From assembly GCA_020248265.1 (NCBI GenBank), contig JADCHX010000012.1, forward strand, positions 20,378 to 84,377: a stretch of 64,000 nucleotides of DNA. Reading direction: 5' to 3'. A program made the position numbers and the translations under genes. Shown one piece after another: positions 28,608 through 42,125 of the stretch. The DNA comes from Rhodocyclaceae bacterium (GTDB taxonomy: Bacteria; Pseudomonadota; Gammaproteobacteria; Burkholderiales; CAIKXV01). Each line of letters starts with the position of its first letter. Within the stretch, counting starts at the first letter, position 1. The notes beneath the pieces are model-generated. The model was given only the letters and a program-made list of their open reading frames with translations. It did not search any database and was not told the origin of the DNA.

Positions 28608-29207
28608 ATGAGCGACCGCGAGATCGATCACCAGTTGGTGTTGCGGGCGCAGCGCGGCGACAAGCTGGCGTTCGAACTGCTGGTGAACAAGTACGAACGC
28701 AAGTTGCAACGGCTGTTGTCAAGGCTGGTGCGCGATCCGGCCGAGGTCGAGGACGTCACCCAGGAGGCGTTCATCAAGGCCTACCGCGCACTCCCGACGT
28801 TTCGCGGCGAAAGCGCTTTCTACACATGGCTCTACCGCATCGGCATCAACACCGCGAAGAACTACCTGACCGCCCAGGGCCGCAAGGCCCCGGCGACCGT
28901 GGATATCGACCCGGAGGATGCCGAGGCGGCGAGCGAGAACGAACTCGCGCGCGACAGCAGTACGCCGGAGCAGGAAATGATGAGCCGGCAGGTCGCCGAG
29001 ACGGTGAACGCAGCGATGGATGCGCTGCCAGAGGAATTGCGCTCGGCCATCATGCTGCGCGAGATCGAGGGCATGAGCTACGACGAGATCGCGGCAATCA
29101 TGAACTGCCCGATCGGCACCGTGCGCTCGCGGATATTCCGGGCGCGCGAGGCGATCGCCGATCAGTTGCGGCCTTTGCTCGGTACCCACAAGGACCGGAG
29201 GTGGTGA
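28608..29207 (+). CDS. rpoE: ECF sigma factor RpoE (sigma-24/AlgU)
   Basis: MSDREIDHQLVLRAQRGDKLAFELLVNKYERKL...DVTQEAFIKAYRAL...FYTWLYRIGINTAKNYL is near-canonical RpoE. Region 4 is present (EIAAIMNCPIGTVRSRIFRAREAI). Confidence 0.9.
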   Translation: MSDREIDHQLVLRAQRGDKLAFELLVNKYERKLQRLLSRLVRDPAEVEDVTQEAFIKAYRALPTFRGESAFYTWLYRIGINTAKNYLTAQGRKAPATVDIDPEDAEAASENELARDSSTPEQEMMSRQVAETVNAAMDALPEELRSAIMLREIEGMSYDEIAAIMNCPIGTVRSRIFRAREAIADQLRPLLGTHKDRRW

Positions 29208-29208
29208 A

Positions 29209-29682
29209 ATGAAGGACGTCTCCGCCCTGATGGACGGCGAACTGGAACGCCGTCGTGTGCGCTCCACCATCAGCAGGCTCGAGGGGCAGGACGAACTGCG
29301 CGATGCGTGGGCAACGTTCCATGTGATCCGCGATGCGCTTCAGGGTAACGCAGTCGGCTCGTCGCGCTTCATCGAGAAGTTCCATGAACGCCTCGAACAG
29401 GAGCCGTTATCCGTCGTGCCGCGATGGCGTTCCAGGCTGCCAAGGCTGCGCACGATGGCTCTGGCGGGCCTGGCCGCGTTGCTGATAGCCGGCATGTTCG
29501 CATGGCTGGCACCCGACGAGCGGGTGCCCCCCTCGACGTTCATCGACGCTGGTCTGAGCGACTCGGTGGCCATCGAGTATGCAATGGCGCACCGGCAACT
29601 GGTACCAGCCTTCGTGGCGGGACCGCCGGCGCATGCGCCGGCGGCACCGGGCGCCGGCGCAACGGCCGGTGGTGCGCGATGA
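29209..29682 (+). CDS. rseA: Anti-sigma-E factor RseA/MucA-like
   Basis: N-terminal ALMDGEL...W..FHVIRDAL motif and one central TM helix. It sits immediately after rpoE. Confidence 0.7.
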   Translation: MKDVSALMDGELERRRVRSTISRLEGQDELRDAWATFHVIRDALQGNAVGSSRFIEKFHERLEQEPLSVVPRWRSRLPRLRTMALAGLAALLIAGMFAWLAPDERVPPSTFIDAGLSDSVAIEYAMAHRQLVPAFVAGPPAHAPAAPGAGATAGGAR

Positions 29683-30779
29683 GGCGCCTGTCCGCGCGCG
29701 CGGCAGGGGCGGTGTCGCCCGTTGTCAGTCAGCGCAGGCGGCTGGCGCACGCGGGTGCCCTGCTGCTGCTGGGTACGCTCGGGGCCGGTCCCTTTCAGGC
29801 ACCGGCGGCTGCGGCCGCGCCAGCCACCGACGCGCAGGCCTGGCTCGTGCGTGCCTCTGCCGCCGCCCGTACTGCCAGCTACAGCGGTGTCTATGTCTAC
29901 ACCTGTGCCGGCATCACCGAGACCGCGCGGGTAACGCGCCTGCGCAACGCCAGTGGCGATGCCGAGCGCATCGAGTCGCTCGACGGTACTCGCCGCGAAG
30001 TGGTGCGCCGCGGTGACGAGATCCACTACTTCTTCGTCGATTCGAAGACGGTGCGGGTCGACCGGCGCGTGTCCGGCCGCAGCTTTCCCGACTTCCTGCC
30101 ACAGGATCCGTCGACCTTGGCAGCCTACTACTCGATCGAGGTGGGGCCGGTCGACCGCGCGGCGGGGCGTGCGGTCCAGGTGATCCGGCTGCGCGCGAGG
30201 GACGGCAGCCGCTACACGCAGGAGGTCTGGGCCGACCAGCAGTCGGGCCTGCCGGTGAAGCGACGAGTCATCGACGAGCGCGGGGACATCATCGAGCAGT
30301 TTGTTTTCACCGAACTGTCGGTGGGCGAGCGTCTGAGCCCCCGCCATGCGATGCCCAGCCGGCGCACCGGCTATGCGGGCTGGACAGTCGAGAACAGCTC
30401 TGTCGAGGAAGCTCGGCAGCCAGGCGCGGGCCCGCTCGCCCAGTTGCCGGCAAAAGGGGGCGATGCTGCTCCAGCGCCCTTCCCGGAGCCGCGGATGCTG
30501 CCGCCGGGCTTCCGCAAGGTGATACAGGTATCGCGCACGTTGCCAGGGCACGATCGCCCGGTTATGCAGTCCGTCTACAGCGATGGCCTCGCCACGCTTT
30601 CCGTATTTGTCGATCCCGACGTGGCACGCGTGGCTGGCCATGAGGGCATCAGTCAGCGGGGAGCGGTCGGCGTCATCACCCGCGCTGCGGGAGACCGGGC
30701 GGTGATCACCGTCGGTGAAGTGCCTGCAGCCACGCTGCGCAAGGTGGCCGATTCCATCGGTCCGCTCGCTTCGCGCTGA
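29679..30779 (+). CDS. rseB: Sigma-E regulatory protein RseB/MucB
   Basis: ATGA overlap with rseA, a signal peptide, and the AQAWLVRASAAARTASYSGVYVY block typical of the MucB/RseB N-domain. Confidence 0.75.
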   Translation: MRRLSARAAGAVSPVVSQRRRLAHAGALLLLGTLGAGPFQAPAAAAAPATDAQAWLVRASAAARTASYSGVYVYTCAGITETARVTRLRNASGDAERIESLDGTRREVVRRGDEIHYFFVDSKTVRVDRRVSGRSFPDFLPQDPSTLAAYYSIEVGPVDRAAGRAVQVIRLRARDGSRYTQEVWADQQSGLPVKRRVIDERGDIIEQFVFTELSVGERLSPRHAMPSRRTGYAGWTVENSSVEEARQPGAGPLAQLPAKGGDAAPAPFPEPRMLPPGFRKVIQVSRTLPGHDRPVMQSVYSDGLATLSVFVDPDVARVAGHEGISQRGAVGVITRAAGDRAVITVGEVPAATLRKVADSIGPLASR

Positions 30780-30949
30780 AGAGGCTTGCGCTGTTGCAAG
30801 ACGCGGGCAGGTCGGCCGGACTTGTTTTTGGCGGTCTCGGCGCCTATGTTCCATGCGCGCCGTTCACGCGCAGCGCGCCGGCCTGGCTGAAGCGAGCGCC
30901 GCTGTCCTGCCCGGTCCCGGGCTGTTTTCCACGCATCCATGGTTGCCAA

Positions 30950-32425
30950 ATGATCCGTCGTCCGTATGCCTGCCTGACTGCTGCGCTGCTGGCCCTGTCC
31001 CTCCTGCTTCCGGTCGAACCGGCGCGTGCCCAGGTGGTGTTGCCCGATTTCGCCGACCTCGTCGAACGGCAGGGCGGTGCGGTGGTGAACATCTCGACGA
31101 CCCAGGTCGTGCGCAGCGGCGGACGCGGGCTACCGCAGCTGCCCAACATCCCGGAAGATGACCCGTTCTTCGAGTTCTTCCGTCGATTTCTGCCGCCGAA
31201 TCAGGGCGCCCCGGGTCCGCGCGACCTCGAGTCGCGCTCGCTGGGTTCCGGCTTCATCATCAGTGCGGACGGGTTCATCCTGACCAATGCACATGTGGTC
31301 GAGGGCGCGGAGGACATCACGGTACGCCTGACCGACAAGCGGGAGTTCCGGGCGAAGGTGGTCGGGGCGGATCGACGAACGGATATCGCGCTGCTGAAGA
31401 TCGACGCTACCGGATTGCCGCGCGTCGCACTGGGCGATGCGAGCCGTCTGCGGGTCGGTGAATGGGTGGTCGCGATCGGTTCCCCGTTCGGATTCGACAA
31501 CAGCGTGACGGCGGGCATCGTCAGCGCGAAGGGCAGGGCCCTGCCGCAGGAAAATTTCGTACCTTTCATCCAGACCGATGTCGCGATCAATCCCGGCAAT
31601 TCTGGCGGGCCGCTGTTCAACCTACGTGGCGAGGTGATCGGCATCAACTCGCAGATATATAGCCGTACCGGCGGATTCATGGGCCTGTCGTTCGCGATCC
31701 CGATAGACGTGGCGATGGAGGTCGTCACGCAGTTGCGAAACACCGGGCGTGTTGCACGTGGTCGGATCGGCGTCGTCATCCAGGAAGTGACCAGGGAACT
31801 GGCCGAGTCATTCGGGCTCAAGAAGCCCATGGGTGCGCTCGTGAATTCCCTCGAAAAGGGCGGGCCGGCCCAGTCGGGCGGGATCGAGCCCAGTGACATC
31901 ATCCTGCGGTTCGATGGCAAGGTGGTCAATACGTCGGGCGATCTGCCGAGAATCGTCGCGGCAACGCGGCCCGGCAGCAAGGTGCCGGTCGAGGTGTGGC
32001 GCAAGGGGCAGTCGCGCGAACTCTTCGTTACGGTGGCCGATACGCCGGATGAGCGAGCCGCCGCGCGCGGTCCGCAGCGGGGCCAGCCCGGACCGCAGGG
32101 TCAGGCGCCGCAGGCGCAGCCGCCCAACGTGTCCGGGCGCGTCCAGGCGCGGCAGGGGCTCGCCGTGATCGACCTGACCCCGGAACAGCGCGCGCAGTTG
32201 CGTCTGGCGGCCGGCGTGCTCGTCGACGAGGCACAGGGAAATGCGGCGAGGGCCGGAATCCGGCGCGGCGACGTGGTGGTCGCCATCAACAATGTTGAAA
32301 TCAAGACGGCCGAGCAGTTCAACGCGCTGATGGGTCAGTTCGAACGTGGCCGCAACGTCGCATTGCTGGTGCGTCGCGGCGAGAACTCGATCTACATTCC
32401 GCTGCGGATCGAGCCTGGCAGCTGA
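30950..32425 (+). CDS. Periplasmic serine endoprotease DegP/DegQ/MucD family
   Basis: Signal peptide, GSGFIISADGFILTNAHVV (His), DIALLKI (Asp), GNSGGPLFN (Ser), and two PDZ-like regions. The start is trimmed to ATG 30950. Confidence 0.85.
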   Translation: MIRRPYACLTAALLALSLLLPVEPARAQVVLPDFADLVERQGGAVVNISTTQVVRSGGRGLPQLPNIPEDDPFFEFFRRFLPPNQGAPGPRDLESRSLGSGFIISADGFILTNAHVVEGAEDITVRLTDKREFRAKVVGADRRTDIALLKIDATGLPRVALGDASRLRVGEWVVAIGSPFGFDNSVTAGIVSAKGRALPQENFVPFIQTDVAINPGNSGGPLFNLRGEVIGINSQIYSRTGGFMGLSFAIPIDVAMEVVTQLRNTGRVARGRIGVVIQEVTRELAESFGLKKPMGALVNSLEKGGPAQSGGIEPSDIILRFDGKVVNTSGDLPRIVAATRPGSKVPVEVWRKGQSRELFVTVADTPDERAAARGPQRGQPGPQGQAPQAQPPNVSGRVQARQGLAVIDLTPEQRAQLRLAAGVLVDEAQGNAARAGIRRGDVVVAINNVEIKTAEQFNALMGQFERGRNVALLVRRGENSIYIPLRIEPGS

Positions 32426-32430
32426 TTCAA

Positions 32431-32468
32431 GCCGGCTGCGGCGACCGATTCTCGCCGCCGCAGCCGGC
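32431..32468 (+). terminator. Stem-loop downstream of degP (putative terminator)
   Basis: GCCGGCTGCGGCG (32431-32443) pairs perfectly with CGCCGCAGCCGGC (32456-32468) across a 12-nt loop. The downstream T tract is weak. Confidence 0.45.
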
Positions 32469-32662
32469 AGGCATTTCAATGGCGCAGCTTTTCTGCTAGG
32501 ATTCAGTGTGTTATGTGGGCTGCGGCCCACTTTTCATTTGTGCGCCGGTTTCTCGCGCCGCGGCGGTCGTTCTGCGCCCGCTCGTGGCTGCGTCGCATCC
32601 GGCCGGTCGGGCCTGCCGATCGGCCCGCTAGTTACTTTCCGAACGATCCTGTTGCCCCTACG

Positions 32663-33106
32663 ATGACTGTCACTGCTTCCGTTGCCCACATAGTCGAGAC
32701 TGCCCTTGGCGGGCTCGGCTACGAACTGGTCGACCTCGAGTTCGGCCAGGGGCGCTCGCGGTTGCTGCGGGTGTTCATCGACAAGCCGGAAGGCATCGGC
32801 CTCGCGGATTGCGAACGGGTCAGCCGCCACCTCACGCAACTGTTCGCGGTCGAGTCGATCGACTACGACCGGCTCGAAGTGTCGTCGCCGGGCCTGGACC
32901 GACCGCTCAGGAAAGTTGCCGATTTCCAGCGCTTTGCGGGTGAGCAGGTCAGGGTCACCATGCGGGCGCCGATCGCCGGGCGGCGCAATTTTTCCGGCGC
33001 GATTCGCGCGGCAGACGAGCTTGCGTTCGAGCTCGACGTCGAAGGTCAACCGGTCAGGCTGGAGTTCGCGAATCTCGATCGCGCCCGGCTCGTTCCGAAG
33101 CTGTAG
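32663..33106 (+). CDS. rimP: Ribosome maturation factor RimP
   Basis: GYELVDLEF...[18 protein letters not shown]......[15 protein letters not shown], positioned upstream of nusA. Confidence 0.85.
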   Translation: MTVTASVAHIVETALGGLGYELVDLEFGQGRSRLLRVFIDKPEGIGLADCERVSRHLTQLFAVESIDYDRLEVSSPGLDRPLRKVADFQRFAGEQVRVTMRAPIAGRRNFSGAIRAADELAFELDVEGQPVRLEFANLDRARLVPKL

Positions 33107-33119
33107 TGGAGGGAAAGAA

Positions 33120-34607
33120 ATGAGTCGCGATATCCTGCTGATGGTCGATGCGCTGGCGCGCGAGAAGAATGTCGAGCGCGAAATCGTGTTCACTGCGCTC
33201 GAGATGGCGCTTGCCTCGGCCACGAAGAAGCGTTTCAAGGAAGACGTCGACGTGCGCGTCTCGATCGATCGCGAGAGCGGCGACTACAGTGCCTTCCGCC
33301 GCTGGCTCGTCGTGCCCGAAGAGACCGAAGAAGTGATCATGGAGCAGCAGTACCTGCTCTCCGAGGCGAAGGAAGAGCAGCCCGACATCGAGGTCGGCGA
33401 CTACATCGAGGAGGCGCTCGAGCCGGTCGACTTCGGACGCATCGGCGCGCAGGCAGCCAAGCAGGTGATCCTGCAGAAGATTCGCGACGCCGAGCGCGAG
33501 CAGATCCTGAGCGACTTCCTCGCGCGCAAGGAACATCTGGTTTCGGGCGCGATCAAGCGTCTCGAACGGGGCAACGCGATCATCGAGACCGGACGGCTCG
33601 AAGCGGTGCTGCCGCGCGACCAGATGATCCCGAAGGAGAACCTGCGTGTCGGTGACCGCGTGCGCGCATGCCTGCTGCGCATCGACCGAGGTGTTCGCGG
33701 GCCGCAGTTGATCCTCTCGCGGATCTCCCCCGAGTTCCTGATCCGCCTGTTCCAGCTCGAAGTACCGGAGATCGAGGAAGGTCTGCTCGAGATCAGGTCG
33801 GCCGCGCGCGATCCCGGCGTGCGCGCGAAGATCGCGGTCAAGTCGAACGACCAGCGGATCGACCCGATCGGTACCTGCGTAGGCATGCGTGGTTCTCGCG
33901 TGCAGGCAGTCACCGGCGAACTGGCCGGCGAGCGCGTGGACATCATCCTGTGGTCGGCCGATCCCGCGCAATTCGTGATCAATGCGCTGGCGCCGGCCGA
34001 TGTCAGCAGCATCGTCGTCGACGAAGAGAAGCACACGATGGATATCGTCGTGGACGGCGAGAACCTGCCCCAGGCGATCGGACGTGGCGGACAGAACGTG
34101 CGCCTGGCGAGCGAACTGACTAGCTGGCAGCTCAACATCATGACGCTTGACGAGTCGCAGCGCAAGAAAGAGCAGGAGACCGCATCGGTGCGCGCTCTGT
34201 TCATGGAACGTCTCGATGTCGACCAGGAAGTCGCCGACATCCTGGTGGAAGAGGGCTTCAGCACGCTGGAAGAGATCGCCTACGTCCCGATCACCGAGAT
34301 GCTCGAGATCGAATCGTTCGACGATGACACCGTGAACGAGCTGCGTACGCGTGCGCGCAATGCGCTGCTTACCGAGGCGATCGCCAGCGAGGAACAGGTG
34401 GGCCATGACGTCGAGGACCTGTTGACGCTCGAGGGCATGGACAATGCAACGGCACGGCAACTGGCGCGCAGTGGCGTCAAGACGAAGGACGACCTGGCCG
34501 ACCTCGCCGTAGACGACCTGGTCGAGATCACCGAGATGGATACGGACCGCGCGAAGCAGCTGATCATGGCTGCCCGGGCACCGTGGTTCGCGCAGCAGTC
34601 GAACTAG
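33120..34607 (+). CDS. nusA: Transcription termination/antitermination factor NusA
   Basis: [24 protein letters not shown]..., S1 and KH domains ([22 protein letters not shown]), and C-terminal acidic repeats. Confidence 0.95.
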   Translation: MSRDILLMVDALAREKNVEREIVFTALEMALASATKKRFKEDVDVRVSIDRESGDYSAFRRWLVVPEETEEVIMEQQYLLSEAKEEQPDIEVGDYIEEALEPVDFGRIGAQAAKQVILQKIRDAEREQILSDFLARKEHLVSGAIKRLERGNAIIETGRLEAVLPRDQMIPKENLRVGDRVRACLLRIDRGVRGPQLILSRISPEFLIRLFQLEVPEIEEGLLEIRSAARDPGVRAKIAVKSNDQRIDPIGTCVGMRGSRVQAVTGELAGERVDIILWSADPAQFVINALAPADVSSIVVDEEKHTMDIVVDGENLPQAIGRGGQNVRLASELTSWQLNIMTLDESQRKKEQETASVRALFMERLDVDQEVADILVEEGFSTLEEIAYVPITEMLEIESFDDDTVNELRTRARNALLTEAIASEEQVGHDVEDLLTLEGMDNATARQLARSGVKTKDDLADLAVDDLVEITEMDTDRAKQLIMAARAPWFAQQSN

Positions 34608-34699
34608 TCGACAGAGACACAGAACTTGCGGGCAGACGGCCAGGACACGGTGGCCGTGCGCAAAACCAGGCGGGATGATCCCGCCGACCGGAGCATCAG

Positions 34700-37531
34700 A
34701 TGGCAGAAATGAACGTATCCCAATTCGCGAAAGAGCTGGGCGTGCAGCCAGCACTGCTCCTCGAGCAGTTGCAGGCCGCCGGCGTCAGCCGGCCGCTCGC
34801 GGAGAACGCCCCGCTGACCGAACAGGACAAGACCCAGTTGCTCGACTACCTGCGCCGTTCGCATGGTGCTAACGAGAGCAAGGGCAAGATCACGCTGACC
34901 CGCAAGCAGACGACCGAGATCAAGAAGGCCGATGCCACCGGCCGCCCGCGCACGATTCAGGTCGAGGTGCGCAAGAAGCGCGTGTTCGTCAAGCGCGATG
35001 CGAACGAGGCGGTACCTGCGGCAGAGGCCACCGCCGCCGCCCTGCCGGCGGCCGCCGAGGCTGTACCGGAAGCGATCGTCGAAGATGTCGTCGTCGCTGC
35101 GCCGGTACCTGAGCCGATGCCGGAGCCGGAGCCAGAACCCGTCGTGGTTGCCTCGCCCGAGCCCGAGCCCGAGCCCGAGCCTGAGTCCGTACCTGTGCCT
35201 GTGCCGATGGCAGACGCGGCGATCACACCCGAGGCGCCCGTCCCGGCCACCGAGTCCGCCGCGCCAGCGGCAGCGACCCCGACGCGGACGGTCGTGCGCA
35301 AGCGTCCGGGCCCGGTCCTGGACGCGGCTGAACTGGCCCTGCGCGAAGCCGAGACAAAGCGGGCCGAAGCCCTCGCTGCACGCCAGCTGGCCGAACTGAA
35401 GGCCAAGCAGGAAGCCGAAGCCCGTCGTCGGCAGGCAGCCGCGGCGGCGGCGCTCGCCGCCGCCCAGCCGGCCCCGGCGCCGGCCGCTGCGCCCGCGGCC
35501 ACCGCCAGGCCGGGCACCGAACAGCTGGCGCCGACCCAGCCCGGCACGCTGCACAAGCCGATCGTGAAGCCCGAAGACCGGGCAGCGAAGGCCGAGAAGA
35601 AGACCGTCAAGAAGAAGGAAGTCACGCCCTGGCAAGACCCGAACCTCCGGCGCCGTTCGATCAAGACGCGCGGCGACGTGATGGGCGCCCATGGTTGGCG
35701 TGGCGGACGCGGGCCGGGTGGCCGTGGCCGTGGCGACGACGACGCTTCCAGTGGATACAGCGCGCCCGAGCCGGTCGTGCATGAGGTGCTGGTTCCCGAG
35801 ACGATCACCGTCGGCGCGCTGGCGCAGAAGATGTCGATCAAGGCGGCCGAGGTGATCAAGCACCTGATGAAGCTCGGCACGATGGCGACCATCAACCAGG
35901 TGCTCGACCAGGAGACTGCAATGATCCTGGTAGGCGAACTCGGCCATGTCGCGAAGCCGGCCAAGCTGGACGATCCGGAGGCGTTCCTGGTCGTGACCGA
36001 GCCGCACGCCGAAGTGGTGCTGGAGCCGCGCGCCCCGGTGGTGACGGTAATGGGCCACGTCGACCATGGCAAGACGTCGCTGCTCGACTACATTCGCCGC
36101 ACCCGCGTCGCCAGCGGCGAGGCTGGAGGCATCACCCAGCATATCGGCGCCTATCACGTCGAAACGCCGCAGGGCATCATCACCTTCCTCGATACCCCGG
36201 GCCATGAGGCGTTCACCGCGATGCGTGCGCGTGGCGCCAAGGCCACCGACGTCGTCGTGCTGGTCGTTGCCGCGGACGACGGCGTGATGCCGCAGACCGT
36301 CGAGGCTGTCCGCCATGCGAAGGCTGCAGAAGTCCCGCTGCTGGTCGCGATGAACAAGATCGACAAGCCGGAAGCAAATGTCGAGCGCATCAAGCAAGAG
36401 CTTGCAGCCCAGGGCGTCGTGCCCGAAGACTGGGGCGGCGACACGCAGTTCATCGGAGTGTCCGCGAAGACCGGGCAGGGCATCGACAAGTTGCTCGAAG
36501 GCCTGCTCCTTCAGGTCGAGATCCTCGAGCTCAAGGCACCGCGCGTCGCACCGGCACGCGGCCTGGTGATCGAGGCACGGCTCGACAAGGGTCGCGGCCC
36601 GGTCGCCACCGTGCTGGTGCAGTCGGGTACGCTCAAGCGCGGCGACGTGATCCTCGCCGGTACCTCGTTCGGCAAGGTGCGCGCGATGCTCGACGAGAAC
36701 GGCAAGCAGGTCGCGGAGGCGGGGCCATCGATCCCGGTCGAGATTCAGGGTCTGTCCGACATCCCGAGCGCCGGCGAGGAAGTGGTTGCGCTGTCCGACG
36801 AGCGCAGGGCACGCGAGATCGCGCTGTTCCGGCAGGGCAAGTTTCGCGATGTGCGGCTCGCGAAGCAGCAGTCTGCCAAGCTCGAGAACCTGTTCGACAA
36901 CGTCGGCGAGGGCGCGGCGAAATCCCTCGCGCTGGTCATCAAGGCGGACGTGCAGGGTTCGGTCGAGGCCCTGGTGCAGTCGTTGCTCAAGCTGTCCACC
37001 GACGAGGTGAAGGTAACCATCGTGCACAGCGCGGTCGGGGCGATCACCGAGTCTGACGTCAACCTCGCGCTCGCCTCTCGGGCGGTGGTCATCGGCTTCA
37101 ACACGCGTGCAGACGCCACCGCGCGCAAGCTTATCGAGAGTTCCGGCGTCGACGTCCGTTACCACGACATCATCTATGACGTGGTCGATGAGGTGAAGGC
37201 TGCGCTGTCGGGCATGCTGACGCCCGACCGTAAGGAGTCGATCCTCGGGCTGGTGGAGATCCGCCAGGTGTTCCGCATTTCGAAGGTCGGCGTGGTCGCC
37301 GGCTGCTACGTGACCGAAGGCCTGGTCAAGCGGGGCGCGCAGATCAGGCTGCTGCGCGACAACGTCGTGGTCTACACCGGGGAACTCGATTCGCTGAAGC
37401 GCTTCAAGGACGACGTGCGTGAAGTCAAGGCCGGCTTCGAGTGCGGCCTGTCTTTGAAGAACTACAACGACATCGCGGTCGGCGACCAGCTCGAGGCGTT
37501 CGAGGTGGTCGAAGTCGAGCGTTCCCTGTAG
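34700..37531 (+). CDS. infB: Translation initiation factor IF-2
   Basis: A Pro/Ala/Glu-rich linker is followed by the G domain [24 protein letters not shown] and NKID, then the C-terminal IF-2 domains. Confidence 0.95.
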   Translation: MAEMNVSQFAKELGVQPALLLEQLQAAGVSRPLAENAPLTEQDKTQLLDYLRRSHGANESKGKITLTRKQTTEIKKADATGRPRTIQVEVRKKRVFVKRDANEAVPAAEATAAALPAAAEAVPEAIVEDVVVAAPVPEPMPEPEPEPVVVASPEPEPEPEPESVPVPVPMADAAITPEAPVPATESAAPAAATPTRTVVRKRPGPVLDAAELALREAETKRAEALAARQLAELKAKQEAEARRRQAAAAAALAAAQPAPAPAAAPAATARPGTEQLAPTQPGTLHKPIVKPEDRAAKAEKKTVKKKEVTPWQDPNLRRRSIKTRGDVMGAHGWRGGRGPGGRGRGDDDASSGYSAPEPVVHEVLVPETITVGALAQKMSIKAAEVIKHLMKLGTMATINQVLDQETAMILVGELGHVAKPAKLDDPEAFLVVTEPHAEVVLEPRAPVVTVMGHVDHGKTSLLDYIRRTRVASGEAGGITQHIGAYHVETPQGIITFLDTPGHEAFTAMRARGAKATDVVVLVVAADDGVMPQTVEAVRHAKAAEVPLLVAMNKIDKPEANVERIKQELAAQGVVPEDWGGDTQFIGVSAKTGQGIDKLLEGLLLQVEILELKAPRVAPARGLVIEARLDKGRGPVATVLVQSGTLKRGDVILAGTSFGKVRAMLDENGKQVAEAGPSIPVEIQGLSDIPSAGEEVVALSDERRAREIALFRQGKFRDVRLAKQQSAKLENLFDNVGEGAAKSLALVIKADVQGSVEALVQSLLKLSTDEVKVTIVHSAVGAITESDVNLALASRAVVIGFNTRADATARKLIESSGVDVRYHDIIYDVVDEVKAALSGMLTPDRKESILGLVEIRQVFRISKVGVVAGCYVTEGLVKRGAQIRLLRDNVVVYTGELDSLKRFKDDVREVKAGFECGLSLKNYNDIAVGDQLEAFEVVEVERSL

Positions 37532-37896
37532 TGCGGCGAGCCAATCCAAGGGCGCGGCGTGTCTCCGAACAGTTGCAACGCGAGCTGTCCGGGCTGATTC
37601 GCCTCGACGTGGACGACCCGAAGATCGGGCTGGTCACGATCACCGACGTCGAGGTGACCGGCGATCTTGCGCACGCGAAGATCTTCTTCACCGTGCTCGA
37701 TGAAGAGGACGCGTGCAAGGCCGACACGCTGGCAGGCTTGCAGCGAGCAGCCGGTTTCCTGCGCGCGCAGCTGGGCCACCGCCTCCTGTTGCGCAGCGTC
37801 CCGCAGCTGCATTTTACCTATGACGAGTCGGTCGAGCGAGGCGTCAGGCTGTCGCGGCTGATCGACCAGGCCAACGAGCCCGGGTCGCAGTCCTGA
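37531..37896 (+). CDS. rbfA: Ribosome-binding factor A
   Basis: R.RRVSEQLQRELS.LI...DPKIGLVTITDVEVTGDLAHAKIF. The GTG start overlaps the infB stop (TAGTG). Confidence 0.85.
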   Translation: MRRANPRARRVSEQLQRELSGLIRLDVDDPKIGLVTITDVEVTGDLAHAKIFFTVLDEEDACKADTLAGLQRAAGFLRAQLGHRLLLRSVPQLHFTYDESVERGVRLSRLIDQANEPGSQS

Positions 37897-37906
37897 TCGG
37901 GAGCGG

Positions 37907-38971
37907 TTGAACATGGTCTCCGGCAAGGCTGGCGGTCAGCGCCGCCGGGCTCCAACCGTCGACGTCGACGGCGTTGTCCTGCTCGACAAGCCCGAAGGGC
38001 TCAGTTCGAACGCGGCGTTGCAGCGTGCGCGACGCAGCTTCAGCGCCGCCAAGGCAGGACACACCGGCACACTCGATCCTATGGCCTCCGGACTTCTGCC
38101 CGTGTGCCTCGGGGACGCGACCAAGTTCTCCCAGGGATTGCTGGACGCCGACAAGGGCTACCTGGCCACGGCACTGCTCGGCGTGGCTACGGACACCGGC
38201 GATCGGGAGGGCAAGGTGGTCGCGCAGCGGCCGGTCGACGCCACTGCCGCCCAGGTCGTGGCCGCCCTGGCCTCTCTGACGGGCCCGCTGGAACAGGTGC
38301 CGCCGATGTACAGCGCGCTCAAGCACCAGGGTCAGCCGCTCTATGCGATCGCCCGGGCCGGCGGAGACGTGGCGCGTGCTCCTCGCGCGGTCGTGATCCA
38401 CGCACTCGACCTCGTCGAATGGGACAATCCGCGCCTGACCTTCAGCGTCAGCTGCAGCAAGGGGACCTATGTCCGCACGCTGGCCGAGCAGATCGCGGAG
38501 CGGCTCGGAACGGTCGCACACCTGATTGCGCTGCGGCGCACAACTGTGGGTCAGTTCACTCTCGGGTCGTCGGTAACGCTGGCTGCCCTCGAGGCGGCGG
38601 AATCGCCGCAGCGACCGCAATACCTGCGCCCGGCCGATACCCTCGTCGAATCGTTGCCGGCAGTCACGCTGTGCACAAGCGATGCGCTGGGGCTGCTGCA
38701 GGGGCGCGCGCTTCAGCCTTGTCCGGCGGCATCGGCCGCGCTGCCGGCCGACGGCGACCCGCCCGTCCTCGTGCGACTGTACGGTCCTTCGAGCCTGCCA
38801 GGCCTGCGCGGCGCGGCCGATTCGGACAGGGCCTTCCTCGGGGTGGGAGCGGTCGAGCCGGGGCCCGATGGGGCCGCGCGCGTGCGACCGATGAGGCTGA
38901 TTGCCCACGCTGCGTTGCCGGCTGGCGGCGAAAACGACGCAATCCGCCCGCCGCTGGGCGAAAGGGCTTGA
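37907..38971 (+). CDS. truB: tRNA pseudouridine(55) synthase TruB
   Basis: GVVLLDKPEGLSSN, the catalytic block GHTGTLDPMASGLLPVCLG, and PPMYSALK. It has a longer-than-usual C-terminal tail. Confidence 0.85.
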   Translation: MNMVSGKAGGQRRRAPTVDVDGVVLLDKPEGLSSNAALQRARRSFSAAKAGHTGTLDPMASGLLPVCLGDATKFSQGLLDADKGYLATALLGVATDTGDREGKVVAQRPVDATAAQVVAALASLTGPLEQVPPMYSALKHQGQPLYAIARAGGDVARAPRAVVIHALDLVEWDNPRLTFSVSCSKGTYVRTLAEQIAERLGTVAHLIALRRTTVGQFTLGSSVTLAALEAAESPQRPQYLRPADTLVESLPAVTLCTSDALGLLQGRALQPCPAASAALPADGDPPVLVRLYGPSSLPGLRGAADSDRAFLGVGAVEPGPDGAARVRPMRLIAHAALPAGGENDAIRPPLGERA

Positions 38972-38997
38972 GTGTCCCCCTGATTTCAAAGTAAAAT
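38968..38997 (+). promoter_or_regulatory. Candidate sigma-70 promoter of rpsO
   Basis: TTGAGT (38968-38973), 18 nt spacer, TAAAAT (38992-38997), ~45 nt upstream of the rpsO ATG. Confidence 0.35.
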
Positions 38998-39043
38998 CCG
39001 GGGCTTTTCTATTCAACTCAACACATCGGGGCTTTTCATCTCC

Positions 39044-39313
39044 ATGGCTCAAACCGCAGAACAGAAGGCCGTTGTCGTCAAGGAGTACCAGCGTGGTACT
39101 GCCGACACCGGTTCGTCGGAAGTGCAGGTTGCGCTGCTCACCGCGCGCATCAACGACCTGACTTCCCACTTCCAGAAGAACATGAAAGACCACCACTCGC
39201 GCCGCGGCCTGCTGAAGATGGTCAGCAAGCGGCGCAAGTTGCTGGATTACCTGAAGGATCGCGATCTCGCCCGCTACCGCGGCCTGATCGAACGCCTCGG
39301 GCTGCGCAAGTAG
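39044..39313 (+). CDS. rpsO: 30S ribosomal protein S15
   Basis: 89 aa: ...[46 protein letters not shown]. Confidence 0.95.
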   Translation: MAQTAEQKAVVVKEYQRGTADTGSSEVQVALLTARINDLTSHFQKNMKDHHSRRGLLKMVSKRRKLLDYLKDRDLARYRGLIERLGLRK

Positions 39314-39536
39314 AGACCCTGATGGCCGCACGCGATGCCTGCGGCCGTGTCGGGGCGTGTGCGTCTTCGCCGGTGCTTCGCGATCGTTGCCGGTGGCAGC
39401 GGTCGGCGAACACTTCGAAAGCCACGCCGGAGGTCGCCTGGAACGAGCTGCAGTCAGGGCGTGGATGACCTCTTCCCGCATCCCCCAACTCCCTGCTCAT
39501 CGATGATGAGCCTTAACTGAGTTCGAAAGGTCGACC

Positions 39537-41633
<2,097 letters not shown>

Positions 41634-41651
41634 TCGCAATCATCGACCCAG

Positions 41652-41681
41652 AAAAAAGCCGGGCAGTTGCCCGGCTTTTTT
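41652..41681. terminator. Bidirectional rho-independent terminator (pnp / dksA)
   Basis: AAAAAA-GCCGGGC-AGTT-GCCCGGC-TTTTTT: a perfect 7-bp GC stem flanked by an A tract and a T tract, between convergent genes. Confidence 0.85.
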
Positions 41682-41702
41682 CATGCCTGCAACGGCGGGC
41701 GC

Positions 41703-42125
41703 CTACTTGGCGATCTGGCGTTCGCGCATCTCGTCCAGCGTCTTGCAGTCGATGCACAGGGTGGCAGTTGGACGCGCTTCCAGGCGCTTGAGACCGATCT
41801 CGATACCGCAGCTGTCGCAGTAGCCGTACTCGCCGGCATCGATGCGGGCGATGGTCTCGTCGATCTTCTTGATCAGCTTGCGCTCGCGGTCGCGATTGCG
41901 CAGCTCAAGTGCCATGTCGGATTCCTGGCTGGCCCGGTCGTTCGGGTCGGCGAAGATGGTGGCTTCGTCCTGCATCATCTGCACGGTGCGGTCGATATCG
42001 TGGGACAGCTCGCTCTTCACCGACGCAAGGATCCTGCGGAAGTGGTCGAGCTGTTTTGCATTCATGTACTCCTCGTCCTTCTTGGGCTTGTAAGGAGCAA
42101 CCTTGTTCTGGAAATCGACCGCCAT
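41703..42125 (-). CDS. dksA: RNA polymerase-binding transcription factor DksA
   Basis: Coiled-coil DxxDxA region (FADPNDRASQESD) and a C4 zinc finger CDSCGIEIGLKRLEARPTATLCIDC. A GGAGGG RBS precedes ATG 42125. Confidence 0.9.
   Translation of the reverse strand: MAVDFQNKVAPYKPKKDEEYMNAKQLDHFRRILASVKSELSHDIDRTVQMMQDEATIFADPNDRASQESDMALELRNRDRERKLIKKIDETIARIDAGEYGYCDSCGIEIGLKRLEARPTATLCIDCKTLDEMRERQIAK

Noticed and set aside
34604-37549. 981-aa ORF on the minus strand
   Set aside because: It is exactly antisense to infB, whose product is unmistakable. The translation is Arg/Gly/Asp-rich and low-complexity, typical of shadow ORFs in high-GC DNA.
39323-39345. Hairpin GGCCGCA-N9-TGCGGCC after rpsO as an rpsO terminator or pnp-leader RNase III site
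   Set aside because: The stem is plausible, but no T tract follows and I cannot fold the whole 220-nt leader by eye. It is left uncalled.
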